Shown in pieces: positions 12,427-24,705 of a DNA stretch of 64,000 bases. The DNA is taken from contig JAAOMT010000327.1 in assembly GCA_016748015.1 (NCBI GenBank), positions 1-64,000 on the forward strand, given 5' to 3'. The translations under genes were made by a program, and so were the position numbers. This DNA is from Geosiphon pyriformis uo1. Taxonomy: Eukaryota > Fungi > Glomeromycota. Below the pieces are notes generated by a model, which was not told where the DNA came from, searched no databases, and saw only the letters and a list, made by a program, of their open reading frames with translations. Position 1 is the stretch's first letter. Each line of letters starts with the position of its first letter.

Positions 12427-15399
12427 GTTGTAGATGCTGTGTATTTCCAGACAACTATTGTTGCAACTCAAAAATAAAGTTATTTTTAGTTTGTATATAT
12501 ATTACTTTAAAGCAGTTTTTAATTGGTTGCTTATTTATTATTGGATTACCCATATATAAAAAGTTCTAATTATAACAGTTTTTACTGAATAAAAAGGCAA
12601 TATGTTTTTTGGATTTAGGTTGTGATTGTCATTACTTAAAAAGAATTCTAAAAGAAAAGTTTGCCAAATTACATAAAGTATTTTAAGCTCTCTCTAGATC
12701 TAAACAAAATATATTTTTAATACCAGTTCAAACCAATAAATAGTGGAAAAATAACTGCCAGTCAATATGTTAAAAATAAAATGCATACTAAACGAACATT
12801 TTACTATTGAGATTACAATACACTACTTTGTTAGAAAACATATTTTAATATGTTAAGAATTGGTTACACTCATTTGAAAAATATTAGAAATTATCTAAAA
12901 AAAAATAGCATAATACTATGTATTTATAGTAAAATAAAATAAATGCCATAATGAAAAACCAAGATAATCATTGATAAAATTGTTGCTACAGCCATGAAAA
13001 ATTTTTTCAAAAATTATGTTAAAATACATAAATTACCAAGTCCTGGTAGAAATTTTAACCAAATACTTGATTACTTATACTTTTTTCAACTAAAATAAGT
13101 TATAAATTTATTTATTATGATTTTATTACAAGTCACAAAAGCAATAGCATGTTAAAATTGTTAAAATATAATATATTTCACAAGTTATAACATCAACTAA
13201 TGCTTTATATTCAAATTATAAGTCCAAAATGAATTATGTAATACATGTTCACATTTTTAATATAAATTATAATACAATGACTACAGAAAAAAAAAGCAAA
13301 AAATTTACTAATAAAATATAAAAAACATCTGATTAAAGTTAAATTGAAGAAATAATTATAACAAAAATATAAAATTAGCAAAATAATAAAAAAATTAGTA
13401 GATAAATATTTTATGATAAGAGATAAAGCTGATTATTATAGTATTAATATTATAGTTTATTATAACTATAATTGAGATATAAATAAAATTTATTATTTTA
13501 ATTCATGTAAAGTATATTTATTTAATATTTAATTAAGACAATATATAAATAAACTAATTATATTTTTGATAAAAAAAAATTTAATAGCATATTAAACATA
13601 ATATTTTATAAAATTGAATAAAGATAAAAAACATTTAAAAAAAATTTTTAATAATATAAAAAAACAAAATATTAATAAAATTACTATTTGATTTTATTTT
13701 TATTTAATAATTTGCAGCTATTATAAAAGTATTAAAAAACATTAAAAATAACTATTCAGTTTACAAAAGTTTTAGCATTTTCTGTTTAGCAAAGCCAAAC
13801 TTGATGTAATCAAAATTTAATAGTTTTTTTTAAAAATTCAGATTTTTAAAAATTGGCAATTCAAAGTTTTAAAAAGTAAAAAAATCAAATTTTGTTATTT
13901 TCTGTGTTAGTGTTTTCTTTAATAAAATATAAAAAACATAAATATCTTTATAATTATATTAAGTTTTTTTTTAAGATATATTTAAAAATTAAATAATATT
14001 TAATTAAGCAAATTAGTCAACAAATAAATTTTTTAATTAAATTAATTGCTAACAAAAATAAAATTTTGTTTTTTTTTGTTCAAAATATATTTATAAATTT
14101 GGTAAATTATTTTAACAATTTTTTAAAAACTTTAAAAAAAAACAAAAATATTCAGTTTTAATTTAAAAAATAATGTAATAAATGCTTTAAAAAAAAATTA
14201 TTTTTGATAATACTATTAAAAAAAAATAGTTTTAACTTATGCTAAATTACAAAATAAAAAGAGAAAACATTTTGAAAAAATAATTTTAAGTATAAAAAAC
14301 TTAAAGTGAATTTTAAACTTGATATTTCTTTTTTTTAACTAAAAAAATTCTGTTAACTTTACAAAAAAATTTAATTAATAAATTATTAGTGTTAAATACT
14401 ATTTTTAAAAAAAGCTTATTTAGTAAAAAACCAGCAATTATTAATACAAAAAAAAATTTGCCAATTTTTTTAATATAAAATTAATACATTAAAAATTAAT
14501 AATAAAACTTAATTTTACTATCGAAAACAAATCAAAAATTATTTTTTTAATTTTGATTTATTAATAATAATTATGTTTTAATTATTTCTATTTATAATTA
14601 TTAAAAACTTAATAAATATTATGTTATATTAAATTATAAATATAATTAACATATTTAAAAAAATAATATCTATTATATTATTATTAATATTAGTAACTTT
14701 AAAGATAAAAATTATGTTAAAACTATAAAAATATAAACAAAAAGTTAACTTCATGTTTTGAATAATATTATGTATTTATTTTGTTTGATTTTATTACAAT
14801 ATGTATTATTTTCTGAATATTAATTTTAAATTAAATATAACCTATACATAATTTATATATAATTTAATATAAACTTAATTAAAGATAATTACATTAAAAT
14901 ATTTATAAAAATTTATTATAAACAAATATTTTATTTATATATATAATTAAAATATTTTTATTTTTAATTATATTACTTATTTATTTAGTAATAATTTTAG
15001 CAGTTAATTTAATTTGAAAAAATTAGTTTTAAAAAACCATTATAGAATCTAATATATTATAATTAATAATATTATTATTAATATATATATTATTATTATT
15101 ATTATTATTATTAAACAAAGCTTGTTAATTTTCAAATTTACTTTGTAAAACTTATTATTAAAAATGATAAGATTTTTTTTAATTATAAAATACTTTTTTT
15201 TCAATTTAACATATAAAACAGAAAAAACATTAAGCAATTTAAAGATTAAAATAACCAAAGTATTAATAAATTTTATAATAAATTTAATTAATAAAACCAA
15301 TACAACTAAGTTAAACTTTAAAAATATCAATTAAAAACCAACTTTAAAATTAATAGCAGTAAAAATAATTATAAATATAATAATAAGAAAAATTAATAT

Positions 15400-16900
15400 T
15401 ATAAAACTCTTAATATATAATTTAATATTAACAAAAAAAATTAAAAATTTTAGAACTATTTATAGTTTTAAATAAAAATTTAAAAAAAAAATAAAAACAT
15501 TTTATAATTTGTGACCAAATAATCTGAATTTTAATATTTATAACTGTAATAATATTTAAAAATTTTTTATTAAATATAACTTTTTTATAAAATATTAGTT
15601 TTAAGATTTAAAATCTCTAATAACTTAAAAATTATAACAGCAAAAAATTAATAATAATAAAATTAAGAAAATAAAAAATAAAAAAATTTATTTATTAATT
15701 TGAAAAATCAAATTACTAATTTTAAAATCTGTACAGCTAAAAAAAATCGACTAGCTTGATTTTAAAATTTTTTTTTAAGATAATATATTTTTTTTAAATA
15801 AATAAAAAATTTTTAATTTAAATAATAACATATTTTTATAAGCTTATAAATTTCAAATTAATAAAAAAACTTTATTAAAAACACTAAATGTATTTTTAAT
15901 ATTATTAAAATATATATTAAGAAAAATATTATAGAATACAACAAAAAAAAAGCACAAATTACTACAAAAAACTTTATAATTTTAAGTATAATTAGAAAAA
16001 AAAATATTAATAACAATTTTAGTAACAATTAAGAAAACTTCAAAGACAAAATTTATACAAAATAATTTATTATTATTTTTAAATACTGATTTAAATTTAA
16101 TATAATTAGATCTTAACTAAATAAAAGCAATTTAATCTTAAAAATAATATCAAATATTAAAGTAAAAACTATTTATTTAAAAGATTTTTTATAACAAAAA
16201 ATTGTTTTCTTAATATTATCAAAAGCAGTATTAGAAAACAAAAAAAAATAATTAATTTGGTTTTTATTTAATTAGTTTAATTTTTAAGATTAAATAATCT
16301 AATAAATTGATTAATTGAAAACATACCTAAAAATATGTCTTGTTTTGCTTCTAAAACCAACAATAATCTGCTAAAAAACATTATACTTAATAATATATAT
16401 TGTTATTATTATTGTTTAAATTAAAAAAATTAATTAATAAAGATTTTATTTAAAATCCTATTAAAAATTATAAAAAAGTTTAATATAATAATAATAAACA
16501 AAAATAACTGCTGTTGTTTTTTAAAGTTTCTGATTTTTTAATTATTTGTAAAATAATAATAATAATAATAATAATAGTAATAATAATAGTAATAAAAACA
16601 AAAAAAAATTAATTTGTTAATTAGTCTATTATTAAATACTTTAAAGCTTTTAAAAAAAGTAAAAACAACACTAAAATTAATTTAAGTATGCTTTTTAAAA
16701 GAATTTTAAGTAAAAAAAAACTACCAATTAAAATGAAAAAAATGCTTTAAAAATTGTTAAAAACAGTTTTATACTATTAATATTTAAAGAATATATTTTT
16801 AAAATATTTTGCTTAATTGTTTTTACAATAGAAAATAATTTTTTTGTTAAAATTTTGTTAATATTATAGAAAAAATAATATATAAGACTTTTTATTTTTT
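15400..16900 (+). repeat. Heavily decayed dispersed repeat of unknown class; inverted homologue at about 37900-39400
   Basis: AACAATAATCTGCTAAAAAACAT (about 16360) is reverse-complemented at about 38470-38492; 16501-16560 matches the reverse complement of 38240-38305; 16140-16300 matches 38520-38680. Confidence 0.65.
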
Positions 16901-17389
16901 GCTTTAATTATAGTTATAAAAATAAAATAAAAAGTTTTTTTTAATTAAATTTTTACTTTATTGTTTTTATGTTTTATTATTATTTTATAATCACTTTTAT
17001 TATATTTTTTTTTATAATTTTTATTTTTATAAACACAATTACAAAATATAAGTAATTTTTATTTTTTATAATCATATTATAATATATAATATTAGATATA
17101 TTGTGGCTTAAATGTTATTTTGTTTTAAATATTATTATGTGAAATATTTCAGATATTATAAAGTGTTTTTAAATAAAAAAAATGCTTCAAATATTATTTT
17201 AAAATGCCAAATCTATTTTGTATTTAAGTATTATAATAATAAAATTTATATTAATCTATTATTGTTTATTTTATTCATAAATTTATTATTTTATTAGTAT
17301 AATTTTAAAGATTATAATATGTTAATTATTGTAAAATAGTATATTTTGTTTGGCTTTAGTGGTAAATATTGAATAATTGCTCAAGAATT

Positions 17390-17812
17390 TAATTAGCATT
17401 ACTATAATAATTGTTATAACTATTCAAAAGTAAATTACTATTGCCATATTAATTTTCAAGACTATTCAAAAATAAGTAAATTTAATTATTATTATTATAT
17501 TGATTATTATAGTTATTTAAAAATAAGTAAATTTGATTTATATATTAATATTAATTGTTATAGCTGTTTAGAGATAAGTAAAATAAATATTATTACTGTG
17601 TTGATTATTAAAGCTTTTTAAAAATAAATAAATATGATTATTATTGTTATTTTAATTGTTAAAATTATTATAAAATAAATAAACTGAATTATTATTGTTA
17701 TATTAATTGTTAAAACTGTTTAGAAATAAGTGAATTTAATTATATTAATTATTAAAACTGTTTAGAAGTAAATAAATCTAAATACTATTATTATATTAAT
17801 TGTTATATTACC
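17390..17812. repeat. Decayed 51-bp tandem repeat, about 8 units
   Basis: ATAAGTAAA anchor recurs at about 17472, 17523, 17574, 17624, 17675, 17726. Confidence 0.8.
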
Positions 17813-18479
17813 AATTTTATAAACAGAATTTATTAAAATTATAAACAATATAATAATTTATAAATTTGTAAAACATATTAGTAAGTGTTTTTAAAAAAAA
17901 AAAAAAATATTAACTATTTCTATTAGCTATAGTGTTTGGATAATTAATATAGGTATTTTTGTATTTAAAAATTTGTAATATAATATTATACTATTTTTTA
18001 TGCAATTATACAAGTATACAAAAAATCAAATTAACAGCTTTTATTATTAATTATTAATTGCAAATAAAAATAAACAAAAGACAAAAAATATTACAAATAT
18101 ATTATCAAAATTAGATTTTTTTCCCAAAAATTTGTTATTTTTTATACTTAAAATTCTATAATTTATATAATTTTATTTGCAAAATAATATTAAAAAAAGT
18201 TTTTTATTATTAAGAAAATGTTTTAAAATTCAATTATTATTATTAATTTATTAAATTATAATATATTTAAAAAAATAATAATTTAAAATAAATTGACAAT
18301 AGAAAATAATAAAACTAATTTGTTATTAAAAAACATAATTATACAAATCCAAATATACTGTAAAATATAAGATATTAAGTATATTAAATTAAAACCACTA
18401 TTTTTATAATTTGAAACATTTTTTATAATTTGCAATATTTTATATGTTAAATTAGATATAAAGTATCTTAAATAATATT

Positions 18480-19960
18480 TAAAGCAAAACAATATTTGAA
18501 ACACAATAAATACATTAATATAATATAAAAATAAAATACAATAAAAAGTATATAACTCAAAAACTATTGCTTTGTTCTTATAATATGCCAAAAAACACAA
18601 ACCAAAAGCAAGCAGCAGTTTTCTTAAAAACTAAAAAAAATTTTGTTAATACAAACTAAAACATTTTTATTACTTAATAAAAAAACTAATTAAAATATTT
18701 AATCTAAAAATTAATCACTCTATTGTGACAAAACACTTATAAAATTAAACTAATAAATTAAAAAAAATATATTTAACAACTTTGATCAATTGACAAAAGA
18801 CAAAAAAAAGATGTTTCTAAAAATAAATAATGTACTAAAAGAATAAATATTTAAAATACTAACTATTAATTGCAATTTTATAAGATATATGGCAAAACAA
18901 ACAGTGTTTTCTTAAAAATTTTACCAAAAAAATGAGAGTAATTGTACAAAATTATTAGTAAATATAATCTAAATAATGTTTATAATACTAATAATATAAA
19001 ATTATTTTTTAAAATACTATTAAATACAACTTTGATAATAAGATCTATTTTTAATACCAAGCATAATAAAAGTCAGATTATTATACTTTTTGTTTATAAT
19101 ACAACAAATAGTATTAAGTTGCAATTCTTATTTATCGACAAAACTGCAAAACTATAATTTTTTTACAATATTAACATAGATATACTTCTAATCACTTATT
19201 ACTATAATATAAAAGCATAAATGTAAACAGATATTTTAATAAATAACTTAATATATTAAATAAAAAAATATACAATAAAAAAAATTTATTATTGCTTAAT
19301 AATATTAGCCTTTATAATAAAAAATTTTTATATTATGATTAAATATTTATTATTTAATACAATATTCGATTTACAATTATTAAATGTAAATATTATTGTA
19401 TTTTTTAAGACATAATATTAAAAGCTGTTTTTATATTATTTTATTAATCAGTATAATAACAAAATTTTAGTATTGACAGTAATATTAAAAAATATAATTG
19501 ACTTTTTAATTGATATATAATTAACAGAAATAATAATTATAATCCAAAACTGTTGATATTATACAGAAATTTTGGATAATAGCCAAATATTAGCTTATCT
19601 ATTAGATATTAAACAAAAACTTCTACAAGAAGTATAGATTTTTATTGAGCATGTTATTATTAACAAGCTGTTAGCAATAAACTTTATTAATATTAACAAA
19701 TTCGAATTATTATTTACTTATATCTTAGAAAATAAATTATGAATCTTATTAATAGCAAATATAATAGAAATTTTAATACAAATAAAGATTTAGAAAGTAA
19801 AAATAAACTTATGTTTTTGCTATCTATGTATTAAAGTAAAATTGCACTTAAAGATATATTATATTATTGTAAAAAACAACATAGTAAAAAAGTTGGCTCA
19901 AACTTCCTTAAAACTTTAAGAGTATGAATTCGTAATACTGTTTTTAAAGTTTAATAAGAA
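18480..19960 (+). pseudogene. pogo/Tigger (CENP-B-like DDE_1) transposase remnant
   Basis: KYNLNNVYNTNNIKLFFKILLNTTL...KHNKSQIIILFVYNTTNSIKLQFLFIDKTAK is an AT-eroded version of YNADETGLFF.M.P..TL...K.K.R.T.L..CNATG..KL.P.FIGK..KP. Downstream Y..N.KA*M and LLLLNN (LLLLDN) follow. Confidence 0.8.
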
Positions 19961-20050
19961 AAAAACAGCTGCAAATAAATAGTTTTTTCGAATATTAAAA
20001 ATAAAAAATATATTGAATAAATTAAAATTTACACTTTTTTTTAAATACAA

Positions 20051-20277
20051 TACATCAAAAAGTTTTAAAATCAATGAATAACTGGTTGAATATTTATGTT
20101 AATGTTTTTATACTTTTTATTAATATGTTCATTTTTTAAAAATAAATAATTAGTTAATCAATATTATTAACATCTTATTATTCAACTTAAAAAAAATAAA
20201 CATATTAATAAAAAGTATAAAAACAAAGACAAATATATTTAACTTGTTATCCATTAATTTCAAAACTTTTTGATGTA
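20051..20277. mobile_element. Near-palindromic MITE (about 227 bp, about 90-bp arms), TA at both ends (Tc1/mariner-like)
   Basis: TACATCAAAAAGTTTT...AAAACTTTTTGATGTA termini; internal TGTTTTTATACTTTTTATTAATATGTT pairs with AACATATTAATAAAAAGTATAAAAACA. Confidence 0.82.
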
Positions 20278-20774
20278 GTTTTATAAATATTTAATATATT
20301 TAATTAGTTTTTATATTATATATGTAATATATAAATTATATAACAAGATATTAATTATTTTCTATGGTTGTATTTTTTTATAATTACTATAAATATGTCA
20401 ACCAAAAAATTTAATTATAAAGAAAGTTTATTATATAACTAAGAAAACCAAAAAACCAATTAATTTTGATTTAATTAAGTTAAACTTTAAAAAAATTAAC
20501 ATAGAATTAATTACAAATTTACAACAAAAATAATAATTCAAAATTTAATACTTAAAACAAAATTAATATTTAAACATTTTTTATTAAATACAACTTTATT
20601 TTTAATACCAATTTAACAATAATAAAATTTAAATTAATTTTTTTTTTATTAATGCTTTTATTGAGTGAAGCCCAACCGCTATTTAGTACATAAAGCCAGA
20701 CTAAGTGGCTTAGACTAAATGCAACTCACACACTTCCTACATGTGGCTAGCCACTCAGGCCAGACAAGGCTATA

Positions 20775-23550
20775 CTACACACCCAACATTACGTGAAGAT
20801 TACTATTCAAACCTGAGAAAAAGAAACAAAGCCGCCGATGGCCAAAACCAACTACAAAAGACTCTACAACACCTAGCATTCAAACCATGCTATCCGATAG
20901 CAAAGACCCAACATGAAGTAACAAACCTGAAACCATGCCACCATCACCAACCAGACCAGCCCTTTCCATATCAGCCCTATGTTTAGACCTTACCAGCCAA
21001 ATTTTTGAGCGATGCGACTCCACCAATTCCTGAACAAACTTAACAACTATAGAGACAGCTTCCTTACTCTTTTCAAAAACAACAATGGCCTCCACACACC
21101 AGTCCATAAGCACAAACCCCTTACATAATGCCAAGTATAATCCAACATCTGAGGAGCACTGACCAAGAGTACATAAAACAATAGAGAGCAATAAGTCACA
21201 TTCATCCACCAAAGATAACCAGGATGCAGAAGCCTCAGCCAAAATTTTTTCTCAAACCCTGCCATCCAAAGCACAAGTAAAAGCATGATCTGGCAGTTCA
21301 ATCCCACCACACAGCTAACACAACACGCCAGGATATCTCTTATCATATAACCTCTTCCTAATCACAACCAACAGCCACTAGTGTACAGCTTTTATTATGT
21401 ATGTGTGCAAACCCGAAGACCTTCGACTAGTAGAACCGGCAAGCATGTGGGAGTCGAGATGTCACACTTGAGCAGTAGCATCCCAGTTCACATGCCCAAT
21501 CAGCTTCTTTAGGATAACAACCTGGCCAGGACCAGCTTTCCACCAAGCATGATCAACAGACCAAAATATATTTCTCACAAAGTAATGAGTGTTATCAGAC
21601 ACAACTGTGTCTTCAGCCACCAGAAAATGTTCATGAATCCCCACTGATAAGGACAAATTGGAACATGTAGCATGACCAGCAGCAGCATTCACTTCTACAT
21701 TACCCAAAATGCCAGAATGGCCCTTGACTTTCATCTACCCTACACTAAGATCCTTATTTCTGACCAAATTAAAAATGTGACGTCTTTCCATCCAGCATGG
21801 AACATGAAAATCAGGCAAGACCAAAAACATTTCAGATACACAAGTGTCAATGGCAGCTTGGCTGTTAAGATGCAAAACCACAGAGCTGAAAGATGGAATG
21901 CATTCCAAAGTAAGAGCAACCACCTGCAACTCAGCCATAGTAGATGACAATAGACCATGAACCCTAACACCAATACTCAAATTCACCAAAGAAAAATAAG
22001 CAGCTGCACCACCAGCAACACCAGCCATTCCAATCCCTTTCAGCAAGCCATTAGTATAGACATTAAAAGAACCAGACTAGACTTCATGTAAACCACTCTG
22101 GATTTCAGCAAACTCCATGGAATTCAGCACATCCAACCCAGGCAGTAAATCATACCCAGCAGGCAGAGCTGATAGAGCATTCTCATTTAACAAAAACTTA
22201 GATACAACTCCAAACCAGAGAGGAACAGGACCCCTCAGATCCAATCTCTTCCAGTGGTGCAAGATTTTCCAGTCCATCATTCTGCCTTTCCTATTATACA
22301 GTCTGTCACCAAAAACAACACCAAAACGCCTTAAAAACCGAACAGAACTAAAGTAAAGAGAACTACCTAACACAGAAGACACAGGAAACAAACCAGGACT
22401 ATGAAAAACATTTGGCAGATTATTTGCTAAAAACAGTTCATTATCCAAAAAAATCTTAACTACACCAGCTAAAAAATTGTTCACAGAACTAACACACAAC
22501 TTGACCAGAAACTGCAAAAGGTTCAAATGAGCCCAACCCAGAACTTGTAAATCCAAAAATCTGTGATTGAAAAGATGCCCAAAAATACCAGAAGCATTAG
22601 AAAATAAAACCACAGCAGCCATCTTGCACTTTGACTGCACCTGCTTAAAAGATTTCAAACCATACAATAAGAGATGATATAAAGCTTCGACTGGAAAATC
22701 ATGCAGCAAATGAGCCTTAGACTTAAGACCCCTCCAAACCAGAACATCCCATTTGCAGCAAACATCCATCGAAACAAAACTAAACTGTGTTCTATAGCTA
22801 ATAATAGGCTGCAACACAGCCAAGACCAAATACAAGAACTGCTTGTCCATAATAGCCTTTTTAAGCATCACATTAACAAAAAAACACACATCTGAATGAG
22901 CTTTGGCCACACTCGGTTTAGACAACCCTTCAGTAGACAAAAAAATACCCAAGTATCTATGGATTTTACTCTTTTTAGCTATTGAAATCAGCTGACCACT
23001 AATGTGCAAAGAAGCAACCTTGACGCTCTAATTGATAGGGATAGCCACAGTTTTCTCAACATTGATTGAAATGTTATTGATCACAAAGAACTCACTAGCA
23101 ATATTCAGAACTTACTGTGTAGATGCCTGACAATCACCAACCCAAATTGTATCATCGACAAATGCCCCAGCCGCGAAAAATGAAGATAACTCACTGCTAG
23201 ACTCAACCCTGCCAGATCTTACCACAAACTTAGTATCAATCTAGTAACTATACAAATGTTCATGTTGCTTAACCTCACACAAAAGGGGATCATAGAAGAT
23301 TCTCCAAAGAAGAGGTGAAAATATCTCACCCTGATCCAGACCATCATGCACCTTGTAGCCGCCAGAAAGACCAAAATCAGTCATAACCCTATTGACCCTA
23401 TTACCATGTATGCCACCAAAAATTTAATAAACCTATCACACATTTTGATTTGATGCAAACTGGCCTTCAAGTGATGCCAACCCACAGAATCATAAGCCTT
23501 GTGCATGTTCTGAAGAACCAACCACAGTTCACAATCTTTCTTCAAAGCGT
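20775..23550 (-). pseudogene. LINE 1 ORF2, C-terminal half (RT core, RNase H)
   Basis: QNMHKAYDSV, GLDQGE, AFVDD, RYLGI; RNase H SSTMAEL, KVKGHSGILGN. Confidence 0.9.
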
Positions 23551-24643
23551 TGTTACCCGAGTAGAAAAACCGATCCAAAGTTATAAAAAAACATGACCAA
23601 AATGTGACATAATACAGAATAATGTGCAATAACATTGGATAACGTGTTATAACATTGGATAATGTGTTATAACGCAGGATAACACAAAATAGCACGCAAT
23701 AACATAGGATAATGTGTTATAACGCAGGATAACACAGAATAACATGTAATAACATTAGATAACGTGTTATAACATAGAATAACTAATGATAACATAGAAA
23801 AACGAAGCAATAACAGAAACAACAAAGCAATAGTTAGCAATAGTGAGACAATTGAAAGCAATCCTGTAAAACCAAAAGAATGTATAAAAGCAAGTAGTTA
23901 TAGAAGTGAGAAAAGACAGAGAAGAAAAAATAGATATGAACCTCTAAACCAGAAATTAAAATATCCATATCTCTTCATTCTTTATTATCTTTTCTATTTC
24001 ATCTCCTGAAATAAACCAATTATTAAAAGAAATCAGAATCATGAATTCATGTTCTCGAACTTCGTGGAATTTATGTGAATTAACCCTTGTTTCATACCTC
24101 CATTCTAGAACAGATGCTCTTAGCATAACCACCTTAAACCTATTAACAATTTGGACCAATTGCTCTTGATCACGGCAATTGACAATACTAATTTATCTTT
24201 TCTCTCTTTTCTTTTTTTTTCTTTTTCTTTTTTTTTCTTTTTCTGTCTTATTTTTTGTGGAGTGGCAACATAGTAAAATCGACTGTCTGGGAATAGACTT
24301 TGTGATAGTCTGGTAAAAGAGAGAAGCTCTCCCCTAAGTTTTGGATATTAACATTATCTTGTTAGCTTACCAGAAGGGCAAAAAAACAATGCCAGACTCT
24401 AACAACTGTACTCGTTAGCTCAGAGAAGAAAGCTCACATTTACAAAAAACATTGCAATTGATGAAAGACAAACTCTGTGTCTTATAACCAAAGAACTCAA
24501 TAGGTAAAATTCACATCCAGGAATAGACCTTCAGAAACTGATAATCAAGACTAAGCCAACAGAATTATGCAGAAGATGCATTATCAATAATTAAGAGCAC
24601 CAAATGTTACCATTTCCCATACCCACCAAGTTTACCTGTAACA
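23551..24643 (+). repeat. 5' LTR of copy C
   Basis: TGTTACC...GTAACA; direct repeat of 32701-33791; 10-bp periodic ATAAC array near its 5' end. Confidence 0.95.
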
Positions 24644-24645
24644 TT

Positions 24646-24652
24646 TGGTGCT
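24646..24652 (+). promoter_or_regulatory. Primer-binding site TGGTGCT, 2 nt after the 5' LTR
   Basis: Same 7-mer at the same position in copies A (2201-2207) and B (10011-10017); sequence diverges beyond it. Confidence 0.8.
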
Positions 24653-24705
24653 ACCTGTGAGGTTATAAATCCACAGAGACAAAGCACCCCCAAAAATACA
24701 TAAAA

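Noticed and set aside
17390-17812. CRISPR-like regular spacing
   Set aside because: Whole units are homologous with no unique spacers, no cas genes are present, and the context is eukaryotic.
12500-18450. Short I/L/F/K/N-rich ORFs (e.g. 15049-15330, 17112-17297) as membrane proteins; likewise 38215, 38778 and 51006-52011
   Set aside because: Compositional artefacts of very AT-rich eroded repeats, or antisense to decayed TE frames.
23381-23861. Minus-strand ORFs in the LTRs of copy C (also 32594-33128)
   Set aside because: Produced by the 10-bp repeat array; 23381-23695 is a chimaera of LTR and LINE RT.
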